Source of the DNA: Fibrobacteria bacterium
GTDB taxonomy: Bacteria; Fibrobacterota; Fibrobacteria; UBA11236
Reading direction: 5' to 3'
DNA: 64,000 bases
Assembly: GCA_021155885.1 (NCBI GenBank)
Contig: JAJNBB010000002.1
Coordinates: 2,929 to 66,928, forward strand
The notes under the pieces are model-generated. The model saw only the letters and a list, made by a program, of their open reading frames with translations, had not been told where the DNA came from and searched no databases. This document shows positions 55,236-64,000 of the stretch, in pieces; the stretch's first letter is position 1, and each line of letters starts with the position of its first letter. A program made the translations under genes and the position numbers.

Positions 55236-57005
55236 TCAGGAATCGTAGAAAGACTCGATTTTACGGTGGTATTTGGCTTCCACTGCGTGCCGCCGCAGCT
55301 TGAGGGTCGGGGTCATCTCGCCGCTCTCGATGGCCGGCGGGGTGTCGATGACGTGGAACTTCCGCACCTGCTCCCAGGAGTTCAACCCGCGGTTGACGTG
55401 TTCCACGATCTCCGCGAAGCGCCGCTGCACCGCCTCGGACTGGAGAAAGGAGCCCGTCTCGCGGCTGTCTCCGTCCAGATCCTGCTTGAGGGCCAGGAGA
55501 CTGTCGAAGTCGGGATAAATCAGCGCCGAAACGAACGGACGCCCCTCGGCGATGATGACCGCGGACTCGATCAGCCTGTGGGTCGCCAGCGCCTGTTCGA
55601 TGGGAAGGGGGGCGACGTATTTTCCGTTGGCCGACTTGAACAATTCCTTCTTGCGCCCCGTGACCGAGAGATATCCCTCTTCGTCCAGGCTTCCGAGATC
55701 TCCGGTATGCAACCAACCGTCCTTGTCCAGCACCGCGGCGGTCTCCTCCGGCAGGCCGTAATATCCCTTCATGATGTTCGGGCCGCGCGCCAGGACTTCG
55801 CCGTCGGGGGCGATGCGCAGTTCGACGCCCGGAAAGGCCGGGCCCACGGTTCCGAGCTTGCGATGGCCGGGATAGTTGACCGCCAAAACGGGCGAACTTT
55901 CGGAAAGCCCGTATCCCTCGTAGACGGGAACTCCGAGGTTCACAAGAAACTTCGCCAGCACGGCGTCGAGCGGGGCGCTTCCGGAAATGACCAGCCGGAG
56001 GCGCCCGCCCATTTGGGCGCGGATGCGCCGGTATACCAAAGCCTCGAAGACCTTGTCTTTCCAGGTCAGGGATGCATCAAGGGGCTTTTCCTGGGCCCGC
56101 CGTAACGCCGCCTTGCCGATCCGGCCCCGAATGCCGGAGGTTCCGTCGACGAGCCCCAGAATGCGTTCGTAAACCTTCTGAAAAAAGCGCGGTACGGCGG
56201 TCAGGATGGTGGGATGGATTTCGCGCAGGTTGGCCCCCGCCAGGCGCGAGCTTTCGGCGAAGGCCACGGAAATGCCCGAGGCCAGGTAGTAGTAGGTCAC
56301 CATCCGCTCGAACACGTGCGCCAGGGGAAGAAAGGAAAGGGCGCTGTCCTTCGCGGGATCCAGGGGAAAGCAGAGCGACGCGTTCCGCACCTGGCTCACG
56401 ATATTGCCGTGCGTCAGCTCGACGCCCTTGGGCATGCCCGTGCTTCCCGAGGTGTAGATCAGCGTCGCCGTGTTCTCCGGCTTCAGCAGGGCCGCGCGGC
56501 GATCCCATTCGAGCGCCAGGGGCTCGGAGCCTTGCGACCCGGCGTTTTCGGCCCAGAGCCGGCGCGCTACGATTTGCACCTGCCGCGACGACAGCAACAC
56601 GATTTTCAGCGGGGAGCCCAGGGAGTCCACGATGGGCCGGATCATGTCCTGCACTTCCTCGGAGCCCACGAAGAGAAATTTCATCCCGGAATCGGAAATC
56701 TGGTGGCGCAAGACTTCGGGGGCGGCGTTGGGAAAGAGGGGGACGGTCACCGCGCCTGCGCCGAGCGCCGCCAGGTCCGCCATCAGCCAGAACGGCGAAG
56801 GTTCGGCGACGATACCGACGCGGTCGCCGGGTTGCAAGCCCATTTCGATCAGGTTTTCTCCCGCGTGACGAACGCTGTTCAGCAGTTCCGAGGAGGAAAT
56901 CCGGCACCACCTTCCTCCGCTTTTATAGCAAAGGGCGGCCGGGTTGCTGTAAGCCTGTCCGGCATATTGCACGATGCCGGGAAGGGTGGAAAAAGGGAAA
57001 GTCAT
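55236..57005 (-). CDS. fadD: Long-chain fatty-acid--CoA ligase (AMP-dependent synthetase).
   Basis: AMP-binding motif LIYTSGSTGMPKGV. 589 aa. Confidence 0.9.
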   Translation of the reverse strand: MTFPFSTLPGIVQYAGQAYSNPAALCYKSGGRWCRISSSELLNSVRHAGENLIEMGLQPGDRVGIVAEPSPFWLMADLAALGAGAVTVPLFPNAAPEVLRHQISDSGMKFLFVGSEEVQDMIRPIVDSLGSPLKIVLLSSRQVQIVARRLWAENAGSQGSEPLALEWDRRAALLKPENTATLIYTSGSTGMPKGVELTHGNIVSQVRNASLCFPLDPAKDSALSFLPLAHVFERMVTYYYLASGISVAFAESSRLAGANLREIHPTILTAVPRFFQKVYERILGLVDGTSGIRGRIGKAALRRAQEKPLDASLTWKDKVFEALVYRRIRAQMGGRLRLVISGSAPLDAVLAKFLVNLGVPVYEGYGLSESSPVLAVNYPGHRKLGTVGPAFPGVELRIAPDGEVLARGPNIMKGYYGLPEETAAVLDKDGWLHTGDLGSLDEEGYLSVTGRKKELFKSANGKYVAPLPIEQALATHRLIESAVIIAEGRPFVSALIYPDFDSLLALKQDLDGDSRETGSFLQSEAVQRRFAEIVEHVNRGLNSWEQVRKFHVIDTPPAIESGEMTPTLKLRRHAVEAKYHRKIESFYDS

Positions 57006-57148
57006 GGTAAGGCCGGTAAAATAGGTTCTGAGCGCAAAATACTGTCACCGAATCTTCTCGTCCCGGCCTTTTTTCCACAAGGAGGCGGGTGCCCGTTCCC
57101 GGGTTGTGCAGCTTCGGGAACGCCGGGCGGATGCTTATCTTCCGGTCC

Positions 57149-58603
57149 ATGGAAATTCTTTTTTCGGTCGTCGGGGCATTGGCGGGATTCATTCTGGGTT
57201 GGTGGCTGGCCTCCTCGCGAGCCGGCCAGAGCCCCCCTGCGGGCGGGCTCGGGGTCGAGGGCGAACTCCGCAGCCAGATCGCTCAAAAAAACGGACTGCT
57301 GGACGCCGCCGCCGAACGCGAAAAACTGCTGATCGGGGATCGTTCGGCGGCACTCGCCGCGAAGGACGCCCTCGCGGCTCAGTTCGAAACCTTCCAAGGT
57401 AAACATCAGTCCCTGGAAGCGCGTCATGAGGCGCTGGGCCGGGAACAGCTCCAGGTGGCAGCCGACCTCGCCAAGGCCCGCGCCGATCTAAACGCGGCCA
57501 ACCACCTCCTGGCCGACCAGCGCAGCGCCCATGAAAAGGCCCTCGCCGACCTGAGGGAGGCATTCAAGGCGCTCAGCGCGGATGCGCTCAAGCAAAGCGC
57601 CCCGGAATTCATGCGCCTCGCCGCCGACCAGTTCGCGAAGCTCCAGGAATCGGCCAAGGGCGATTTGAACCAGCGTCAGGAGGCCATCGCGGGCCTTCTC
57701 AAACCCCTCGAGGCCCAGCTCAAGACCTATCAGGACCGCCTTCAGCAAAGCGAGAGCGCCCAGTCCACGACCTTGGGCGAGGTTAAAAAGCAACTAGAAT
57801 CGCTGACCTTGAACAGTCTTTCCCTGGCCCAGGAAACCGAACGTTTCCGCAGCGTCCTGAAATCCAACCAATCGCGCGGACGCTGGGGGGAAGAAACCTT
57901 GCGGCGCGTCGTGGAAGCCGCCGGAATGAGCCCTTATTGCGATTTCGTGGAACAGGCCACGGGAGAAGACGGCCGTCCGGACATGATCGTGCGACTGCCC
58001 GGAGAGCGGGTGATCGTGGTGGACTCGAAGGTTCCGGATCTGGAATTCATGGCCACGCTCGAAAGCGCCGATCCCGAAACGCGCAAGGTGTCGCTCCGCG
58101 CGCACTCGGACAAGCTCAAGGAGACCATCAAAGGCCTCGCCGACCGCGATTATCCCTCCAAGCAGGCCAACTCGCTGGACTACGTCGTGTTGTTTCTACC
58201 GGCCGAGTCCCTGTTTAGCACGGCGCTTGAGGGAGACGGCGATTTGATCGTGTGGGCCGCCAAGCGCAAGATCATGCTGGCCACTCCGGCCTCGTTGATC
58301 GGGTTGCTCAGAGGGATCAGCGTGAGCTGGGACCAGCACAAGCAAACCGAAAACGGCAAAGCCATCGGGGAAGCGGCGCGCGAGCTGTATAGCCGCGTGG
58401 CCAAATTCACCGAGCACTTCGAGTCCATCCGCGACGGCCTGGAGAAGGCGAACAAAGCCTACAATGCCGCCGCGGGGAGCTATGAGCGCATGGTGCGCCC
58501 CAGCGGCCAACGGCTGCTCGAACAGGGACTGCCCCGGGACGGCAAGGACCTCGCGGAAATATCCCTGCTGGACACTCCCCTCCGCAAGATCGAAGGTTCC
58601 TAG
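57149..58603 (+). CDS. rmuC: DNA recombination protein RmuC.
   Basis: N-terminal TM, long coiled coil, and a C-terminal RmuC nuclease-like domain (VVDSKVPDLEF...DYVVLFLPAES). The ORF start in the track is a GTG at 57089; the ATGs at 57131 and 57149 are likelier. Confidence 0.88.
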   Translation: MEILFSVVGALAGFILGWWLASSRAGQSPPAGGLGVEGELRSQIAQKNGLLDAAAEREKLLIGDRSAALAAKDALAAQFETFQGKHQSLEARHEALGREQLQVAADLAKARADLNAANHLLADQRSAHEKALADLREAFKALSADALKQSAPEFMRLAADQFAKLQESAKGDLNQRQEAIAGLLKPLEAQLKTYQDRLQQSESAQSTTLGEVKKQLESLTLNSLSLAQETERFRSVLKSNQSRGRWGEETLRRVVEAAGMSPYCDFVEQATGEDGRPDMIVRLPGERVIVVDSKVPDLEFMATLESADPETRKVSLRAHSDKLKETIKGLADRDYPSKQANSLDYVVLFLPAESLFSTALEGDGDLIVWAAKRKIMLATPASLIGLLRGISVSWDQHKQTENGKAIGEAARELYSRVAKFTEHFESIRDGLEKANKAYNAAAGSYERMVRPSGQRLLEQGLPRDGKDLAEISLLDTPLRKIEGS

Positions 58604-60909
58604 AAGGTTTTCCGCATGCGCGGATCTTCCTTTTTCGCGGGTTCATGGTCGCCGCGGTCCCCGTGGCGGCCGACGGGCCTCTCGGAGCCCCTGTGCTGTC
58701 CCGGCGTGCAAAAGTCCGGCTCACGCCCGGCGATGGCGTAATCCGGGGCCGGGGGGGGACAGAAGCCCTGGGCCCTCAGGCCCGAAAGCGGACAGAGCGA
58801 CACGCTGACCACGCCCTCGGGGCGCGGGAAGTCCTGATACGGGCGGTTGCGCATGGCGAAGTGCATGACGTCGATCCATAGCGGCACCGCATCCGCCGAG
58901 CCGGTATGGCCCGGGCCCATGGAACTATGGTCGTCGATGCCCACCCAGATTCCCAGGGTGTAAGCTTTGGTGAACCCCACGAACCAGGCGTCGGAGAAGT
59001 CGTTGGTGGTTCCGGTTTTGCCGCCGGAGGGATGGCGGAACCCGCTGGCCCACACCGCCGCCGCCGTGCCCCGGATATTCACGTCGCGCAGCATGGAGGT
59101 CACGATCCAGGCGGCCTCCGGGCCGAGGGCCTCGCTGCGCTGCGCCTCATGGCGGTACAGCGTGCGCCCGGCCTTGTCGCGCACGCGTTCCACGAAATAG
59201 GGGACCGCGCGCGTGCCGCCGTTGGGGAACACGGTGTAGGCCGAGACCAGTTCCAGCATCGTGACGTCGGCCGAGCCCAGGGCCAACGAAGGCACGGCGG
59301 GGACGTTGCGCGCGAAACCGAAGCGCCGCGCGGTCTCCACCACGTTGTGAAGGCCGTATTTCAGCCCCACTTCGACCGCGGGCAGGTTCTTCGACTTATA
59401 AAACGCACGCCGCATGGTCATGCGCCCCTCGAATTCGGGCTCGAAGTTGCTGGGGCGCCAGACCCGCGTTGAATCCCAGGCCTCGGGAATCGCGATGGGC
59501 TGGTCGTGTAGGATGTCGCCGGGGCTCGCCCCCCGCTCGACGGCGGCGGCGTACACGAAGGGCTTGAAGGAGGAGCCCGGCGAGCGCACGGCCTGGAGCG
59601 CGCGGTTGTATTTAGAGGCCTCGAAATCCTCCCCGCCCACGAGCGCGCGCACGGCCCCCGTGGAATTCTCGATGAGCATCAGGGCCGCCTGGGGGTGGCG
59701 GTAGCGGTAGCGCAGGGGAAAGCGCTTGGAACCCGTCTCGTCGTCGGGCTTCAGGTAATCCTTCTCGAACCTCGCGTAATGCCGGTCCCAGTTCTCGAGC
59801 AGCTGGGGCAGGGGCACCTTGAGGTACTTCGGCATGTCGTAGGCCTTGGCCGTGCGGACCTGCATCCGGCGGCGGATCTCCCCCAGCCGGAATCGCAGCA
59901 GGCTGTCGGCCTGGTGCTGGACGGCCGAGTCCATCGTAACCTCGACGCTACCCCCCTGGTTGTACACGAAGTCGTCGCCCCAGCGCTTGGTCAGGAACTG
60001 GCGGGTGTGCTCGATGAAATAGGGCCCGAGGTCGGAGGGCGCGCGGTAGGTCTTGGCGCCGAGCGGGGAAGCCGCGGCGGCCTTCCATTCAGCGCGCGTC
60101 AGGAAGCCGGCGCGGCGCATGGCGCCCAGCACGACGTTCCGCCGGGCGCGCGCCACCTCGGGATTGTTGTCGGGACGGTAGTACTCGGGACGCTGCAGCA
60201 GCCCTGCCAGCAGGGCGTACTGCCCCGCGTCGAGCGAGTCGAGCGGCTTGCTGAAATACCTCTCCGCGGCCGAAGCGAAGCCGTAGGCCCCCGACCCCAG
60301 GTATACGTGGTTGAAATAAAACTCCAGGATTTCCTGCTTGGTGTAGCTGCGCTCGATCTGCACCGCCAGCAGGATCTCGCGCACCTTGCGGCCGATGCTG
60401 CGTTCGGGGGTGAGGATCAGGTTCTTCGCCAGCTGCTGCGTCAAGGTCGAGGCCCCGCGCGCCCGGCTGCCGAACACCGCGGGCAAAAGGGCCGAGGGAT
60501 AGGCGGTGAGGTCCACGCCCCAGTGTTCGCGGAAGGAGCGGTCCTCGATCGCGATCACGGCCTGCTTCAGGCGCTCGGGCATGTCCTCCTCGGCCATCCA
60601 GATGCGCCGCTGGATGTAAAACTCGTGCACCATGCTGCCGCCCTTTCCCGAAACCCGGGTGATCAGGCCCGATTCCAGGCGCTCCAGGCGCTCCAGCGAC
60701 GGCAGGGAAAAGGCGAAATAACCGAACACCCCCAGGAGCGCGACGAGCACGATGCCCGTGAGCAGGGCGAAAAATTTCACCCAGGACCAGACATGGGCGC
60801 GGTACCCGGCCTTGCGCAATTCCCGGACGAGGGCGGCGATCCAGGCCGCGAAGGCGCGAAAAATGGCTTTCAGGATTCTCCCGACCGTCTTGGCGATTTT
60901 TTTCAGCAT
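58600..60909 (-). CDS. mrcA: Penicillin-binding protein 1A (bifunctional transglycosylase/transpeptidase).
   Basis: GT51 motifs (EDRSFREHWGVD) and a TP domain (SPGSSFKP, SKN). It overlaps the convergent rmuC by 4 nt. Confidence 0.92.
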   Translation of the reverse strand: MLKKIAKTVGRILKAIFRAFAAWIAALVRELRKAGYRAHVWSWVKFFALLTGIVLVALLGVFGYFAFSLPSLERLERLESGLITRVSGKGGSMVHEFYIQRRIWMAEEDMPERLKQAVIAIEDRSFREHWGVDLTAYPSALLPAVFGSRARGASTLTQQLAKNLILTPERSIGRKVREILLAVQIERSYTKQEILEFYFNHVYLGSGAYGFASAAERYFSKPLDSLDAGQYALLAGLLQRPEYYRPDNNPEVARARRNVVLGAMRRAGFLTRAEWKAAAASPLGAKTYRAPSDLGPYFIEHTRQFLTKRWGDDFVYNQGGSVEVTMDSAVQHQADSLLRFRLGEIRRRMQVRTAKAYDMPKYLKVPLPQLLENWDRHYARFEKDYLKPDDETGSKRFPLRYRYRHPQAALMLIENSTGAVRALVGGEDFEASKYNRALQAVRSPGSSFKPFVYAAAVERGASPGDILHDQPIAIPEAWDSTRVWRPSNFEPEFEGRMTMRRAFYKSKNLPAVEVGLKYGLHNVVETARRFGFARNVPAVPSLALGSADVTMLELVSAYTVFPNGGTRAVPYFVERVRDKAGRTLYRHEAQRSEALGPEAAWIVTSMLRDVNIRGTAAAVWASGFRHPSGGKTGTTNDFSDAWFVGFTKAYTLGIWVGIDDHSSMGPGHTGSADAVPLWIDVMHFAMRNRPYQDFPRPEGVVSVSLCPLSGLRAQGFCPPPAPDYAIAGREPDFCTPGQHRGSERPVGRHGDRGDHEPAKKEDPRMRKTF

Positions 60910-60964
60910 GAAGATGATAAGGTAGGGAATTGGGGAAGGTTTTTGTTATACTTTCCGTCCCGTC

Positions 60965-61038
60965 GCAGGTGTGGCCAAACTGGATAAGGCATCTGACTAC
61001 GAATCAGAAGACTCCAGGTTCGAATCCTGGCACTTGCA
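60965..61038 (+). tRNA. tRNA-Arg (anticodon ACG).
   Basis: Cloverleaf with acceptor GCAGGTG/CACTTGC (one G-U pair), T-arm CCAGG-TTCGAAT-CCTGG, anticodon stem TCTGA/TCAGA with loop CTACGAA, and discriminator A. CCA is not encoded. Confidence 0.85.
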
Positions 61039-61314
61039 CGGGACTTCTCTTTATACTTCCAGCGCGCCCCCCTCCCCGCGGGGCTTTCGCGCCCCGCCCC
61101 ACGGCACGGCCGGGACTCCCGGGGCAACCGCCCCAATTTCCTCTCGCGTTTGACGGATTCCTTACCGGGCTCGACCGGACGTTCGTTTCATCCGCCCGCC
61201 CCGGTAACCGTTTACAACAGGCGGGTTGCAAGCGTGGATCGCCCGTCGGTTTCTTGTAGACTGATTCCAGGCCCGCCACGCGGGCGAACCATCACCTGAA
61301 CCCGGAGTCGTCTC

Positions 61315-61767
61315 ATGGATCCAATCGCACTTTTGAAGGCCGATCACAGGAAGGTCGAGGAACTGTTCAAGAAGCTGGAGGATACCACGGAGCGCGCCGT
61401 GAAGACGCGCACCGAGCTGTTCGAAAAGCTGAGGATGGAATTGACCGTCCATGCCCTCGCCGAGGAAGCGGTGCTGTATCCCGAAAACAAGGAGATCCCG
61501 TCAACGCGCGAACTCGGCTTCGAGGCCGTGGAAGAGCACCACGTCGTGAAAATCCTGCTGGACGAGCTTTCCGAGCTTTCCCCCGATACCGAGGAATGGA
61601 CGGCCAAGCTTTCGGTGCTGAAGGAAAACGTCCAGCATCACGTCAAGGAAGAAGAGGGGGAGATCTTCCCCAAGACGAAGAAGGCCCTGTCGGCGGAGGA
61701 GCTCGACGAAATGGGCGCCCGCCTTTTCGAGGAAAAGGAAAAGCTGCTGGGGCATATGCCGGCATAG
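61315..61767 (+). CDS. Hemerythrin HHE cation-binding domain protein.
   Basis: Paired H...E / HH...E motifs (HRKVEELF, EEHHVVK, QHHVKEEE). 150 aa. Confidence 0.8.
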   Translation: MDPIALLKADHRKVEELFKKLEDTTERAVKTRTELFEKLRMELTVHALAEEAVLYPENKEIPSTRELGFEAVEEHHVVKILLDELSELSPDTEEWTAKLSVLKENVQHHVKEEEGEIFPKTKKALSAEELDEMGARLFEEKEKLLGHMPA

Positions 61768-61882
61768 CTACCAGCGTACAGCGGACAGCGTACAGCCGGA
61801 AAACGGGGGATATTCCGACCTTCCCCCTCTTTTCCAGCTGTACGCTGCCCGCTGTCGCTGTACGCTGTCCGCTGTTCGCTTC
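61768..61882. repeat. Copy 3 of the palindromic intergenic repeat family (CCAGCGTACAGCGGACAGCGTACAGC ... AGCTGTACGCTGCCCGCTGTCGCTGTACGCTGTCCGCTGTTCGCT) enclosing a terminator-like hairpin.
   Basis: Arms at 61771-61796 and 61836-61880. Internal GGGGGA..TCCCCC stem followed by TCTTTT. It starts immediately after the hemerythrin stop. Confidence 0.7.
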
Positions 61883-61908
61883 CGCCCTTCCCTACTATAT
61901 TAAAGCCT

Positions 61909-62235
61909 ATGAACATCGACGGCATGGCCTCTGTCCTTTTGGAAAAGCTCAAGGGAATCGCCCAGACCGAAACGGTGGTGGGCCAGCCCATCTACGCCGA
62001 CGGGACGACCTTGATCCCGGTCTCGAAGGTATCCGTGGGCTTCGGCCTCGGCGGCATGGAAAGCAAATCCGAAATGGCGGGGGCGGGCGGCGGCCTGACC
62101 GTGGAGCCCATCGCCTTCGTGGTCGTGCAGGGCGACAACGTGAAGATCATCAACCTCACGCAGAACAAGGACCTGATCGGCAAGGCCATCGACCTGGTTC
62201 CCGATGTGCTGGCATTGCTAAAGAAAAAGGACTGA
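61909..62235 (+). CDS. YtfJ/GerW-family protein.
   Basis: 108 aa: VVGQPIYADGTTLIPVSKVSVGFGLGG...EPIAFVVVQGDNVKII matches the GerW/YtfJ fold family. Confidence 0.65.
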   Translation: MNIDGMASVLLEKLKGIAQTETVVGQPIYADGTTLIPVSKVSVGFGLGGMESKSEMAGAGGGLTVEPIAFVVVQGDNVKIINLTQNKDLIGKAIDLVPDVLALLKKKD

Positions 62236-62274
62236 AGCCCGCCCGTCGCGGCGCGAACGATTTATCATTCGCCC

Positions 62275-62895
62275 ATGCGACGGATTTTATTCGTGCTTTT
62301 CCTAGCGGTCCTGGCGCCGCGCGCCCAGGATCCCATAACCAAACTCGTGTTCCGCGGAGGGCTGAACTTCTCCGGAGCCGAATACGACCCGGATCTTCCT
62401 TCCGGGGTTTCCAAGTCGCCCCGCACGGGTTTCCATGCCGGGGCCCTTCTGGATATCGGGGCCAATCGCCGCCTGCACCTGCTGTCCGGAGCCGAATTCG
62501 ACACGCGGGGTTACGACCTCAAGAACGGATTCGAGAGGACCGCGTTCAGGGCTTCCTATCTCGCGGTGCCCTTCCTGTTTTCCATCCGCCCGGCGCCGAT
62601 TTTTTTTCTCAATGCGGGCGGGGAGGCGGCCTTCCCCCTGGCGGCGAAAGTCCGGTTCGAGGACGGCACGTCGCGGAACCTCGACAACGACCTGGTGAAT
62701 CCCCATTGGGGACTTCGCTTCGAAGGGGGCTTTTTGATCCCGCAGAAGTCCCTCGCTATCGACCTCCTGCTGGGAGCCGGGTACACGCGGGGGATGTCGC
62801 AGGTTTTCAAAAGCTCGGGCGCGTTCGACCAGGAAGTCCGTCACCACGTGTTCCGGGTCTTCGTGGGATTTTTCCTGGGCGGCCTTCCGCTCTAG
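62275..62895 (+). CDS. Outer-membrane beta-barrel protein (OmpW/OmpA-like beta-barrel domain).
   Basis: Signal peptide, alternating strands, C-terminal aromatic (FFLGGLPL). Paralogous to the next gene. Confidence 0.65.
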   Translation: MRRILFVLFLAVLAPRAQDPITKLVFRGGLNFSGAEYDPDLPSGVSKSPRTGFHAGALLDIGANRRLHLLSGAEFDTRGYDLKNGFERTAFRASYLAVPFLFSIRPAPIFFLNAGGEAAFPLAAKVRFEDGTSRNLDNDLVNPHWGLRFEGGFLIPQKSLAIDLLLGAGYTRGMSQVFKSSGAFDQEVRHHVFRVFVGFFLGGLPL

Positions 62896-63030
62896 CGATT
62901 GCGCCGGGGCGCAACCCTGCCTATCTCCCGCTTATCAAATTGTTGCGAGCACCCGTTTTTCAGGAGATACGGGGAAGCCCCCATGGTCCAGCCGCGGAAT
63001 CCGTGTAGACTGATCCTCAGGAGGTCACCC

Positions 63031-63645
63031 ATGAAAAACGCAATCTTTATCGCCGCCCTGGTGGTCGCGCTCATCGCCGTGTTCGTCTCCCCCGCCCATT
63101 CCGACGGCATCATCCTGCGCGGCGGCATGAACTTCGCCAACGCCAACACCGATCTCGTCGACGACGAGGACCGGGAATTCCGCACCGGCTTCAACGCCGC
63201 GCTGCTGGGGGAAATCGGCAGCGGCGGGGTGCGCCTGCTCGCGGGCGCGGGCTATGAAAACCGCGGCCTCGACATTTCCATCGGCGAGGATGACGGCCAG
63301 GTGCGCCTGGACTACGTGACCGTTCCGGTCATGCTTTCCCTGGGAACGACCTCGACCGGCACGGGGATGCCGCGCGTCTTCGTGAACCTGGGCGTCGAGC
63401 CGGCGTTCCTGGTTTCGGAGGAAGAAGAACTGGGCGCCTTCACCTTCGATTTCGAGGAGGCCGAAAAATTCGACTTCGGCCTGCGCGGCGAGGCGGGCCT
63501 GGAAATTCCCCTGAGCGTCTCCTCGGGCCTCGTGCTCGGGGGCGGCTACAGCCAGAGCCTCACCGACGCCTCCAAAAGCGACGATACCGAATGGAAGCAC
63601 TACGGCTTCCATCTCTTCGGGGGCGTGAAGATCGGTATGTTTTAG
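63031..63645 (+). CDS. Outer-membrane beta-barrel protein, tandem paralog of 62275-62895.
   Basis: Signal peptide MKNAIFIAALVVALIAVFVSPAHS, shared RGG(L/M)NF...RTGF(H/N)A motif, C-terminal GVKIGMF. SD AGGAGG 6 nt upstream. Confidence 0.7.
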   Translation: MKNAIFIAALVVALIAVFVSPAHSDGIILRGGMNFANANTDLVDDEDREFRTGFNAALLGEIGSGGVRLLAGAGYENRGLDISIGEDDGQVRLDYVTVPVMLSLGTTSTGTGMPRVFVNLGVEPAFLVSEEEELGAFTFDFEEAEKFDFGLRGEAGLEIPLSVSSGLVLGGGYSQSLTDASKSDDTEWKHYGFHLFGGVKIGMF

Positions 63646-63647
63646 CC

Positions 63648-64000
63648 ATGCCCGAAGAAACGTCCGCTCCCCTGCCCCGCCTTGCCGAGTACCCGATCGA
63701 TCATGAATTCATCGAACGCTGGTCTCCGCGCGCGCTGACGGGCCAGGACATCCCGCAGGAAGACCTGATGGCCCTCTTCGAAGCGGCGCGCTGGGCGCCC
63801 TCGAACGGCAACAGCCAGCCCTGGCGTTTCCTGTACGCCCGCCGCACGCAGCCGGCCTGGCCGCTGTTCCGCGACCTGCTGGATGAAGGCAACCATCGCT
63901 GGGCGGACAAGGCCTCGGCCCTCATCGTCGTCGTTTCGGCGCAGAAAAACGAAAAAACCGGCAAGCCCCTGGAAACGGCCAGCTATGATACCGGAGCCGC
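63648..64000 (+). CDS. Nitroreductase-family protein (5' partial, runs off the window end).
   Basis: Hand translation from the ATG at 63648 gives MPEETSAPLPRLAEYPIDHEFIERWSPRALTGQDIPQEDLMALFEAARWAPSNGNSQPWRFLY..., typical of the nitroreductase fold. It is absent from the ORF track because no stop falls within the window. Confidence 0.7.
   Translation, partial: MPEETSAPLPRLAEYPIDHEFIERWSPRALTGQDIPQEDLMALFEAARWAPSNGNSQPWRFLYARRTQPAWPLFRDLLDEGNHRWADKASALIVVVSAQKNEKTGKPLETASYDTGA

Noticed and set aside
59695-60987. 430-aa plus-strand ORF
   Set aside because: Antisense to PBP1A. Its 3' end would also run through the tRNA-Arg gene.
60930-61259. Short ORFs overlapping the tRNA-Arg region
   Set aside because: A tRNA cloverleaf with anticodon ACG explains the sequence, and the ORFs are low-complexity.

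Overview
This 64 kb window is high-GC (about 65-70 %) bacterial chromosomal DNA. It is densely packed with about 60 genes on both strands and has no prophage, CRISPR array or obvious integrase. Most of it is housekeeping: ftsK, gcvT, gpmI, ispG, pssA, folB, mdh-sucCD, PBP1A, rmuC, fadD and one tRNA-Arg(ACG). Between these are envelope and secreted proteins: two paralogous lipoproteins built from Fn3 repeats plus a BNR-repeat beta-propeller, a lamin-tail-domain lipoprotein, a YVTN propeller, a TPR/PQQ-repeat protein, and tandem OMP beta-barrels. A T9SS-like C-terminal domain and a PorQ/PorV-like OMP weakly suggest an FCB-group (Gemmatimonadota-like) organism, though this is inference only. The most interesting locus is a translationally coupled operon kaiC-kaiB-kaiB-(PAS/HisKA_3 histidine kinase) on the minus strand (29066-32673). 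It has no kaiA, no sasA-like kinase and no adjacent response regulator. Its KaiC carries a roughly 110-aa C-terminal coiled-coil extension and Ser-Ser at the phospho-site positions, which points to a non-cyanobacterial hourglass-type Kai module. Other notable items are: a three-copy palindromic intergenic repeat family (core AGCGGACAGCGTACAGC / GCTGTACGCTGTCCGCT) wrapped around terminator hairpins; a low-GC cassette carrying a four-helix-bundle (rRNA IVS-type) gene flanked by perfect 21-bp inverted repeats; REP-like GGCGGACAGCCGTCCGCC hairpins on both sides of sucCD; a stop/start-overlapped cbiX-like gene and an RNA m5U methyltransferase with long basic tails; and a crp-osmC-rhodanese-DUF2892 redox/sulfur module. 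Many long ORFs in the six-frame track are antisense shadows of real genes, as expected at this GC content, and were rejected.
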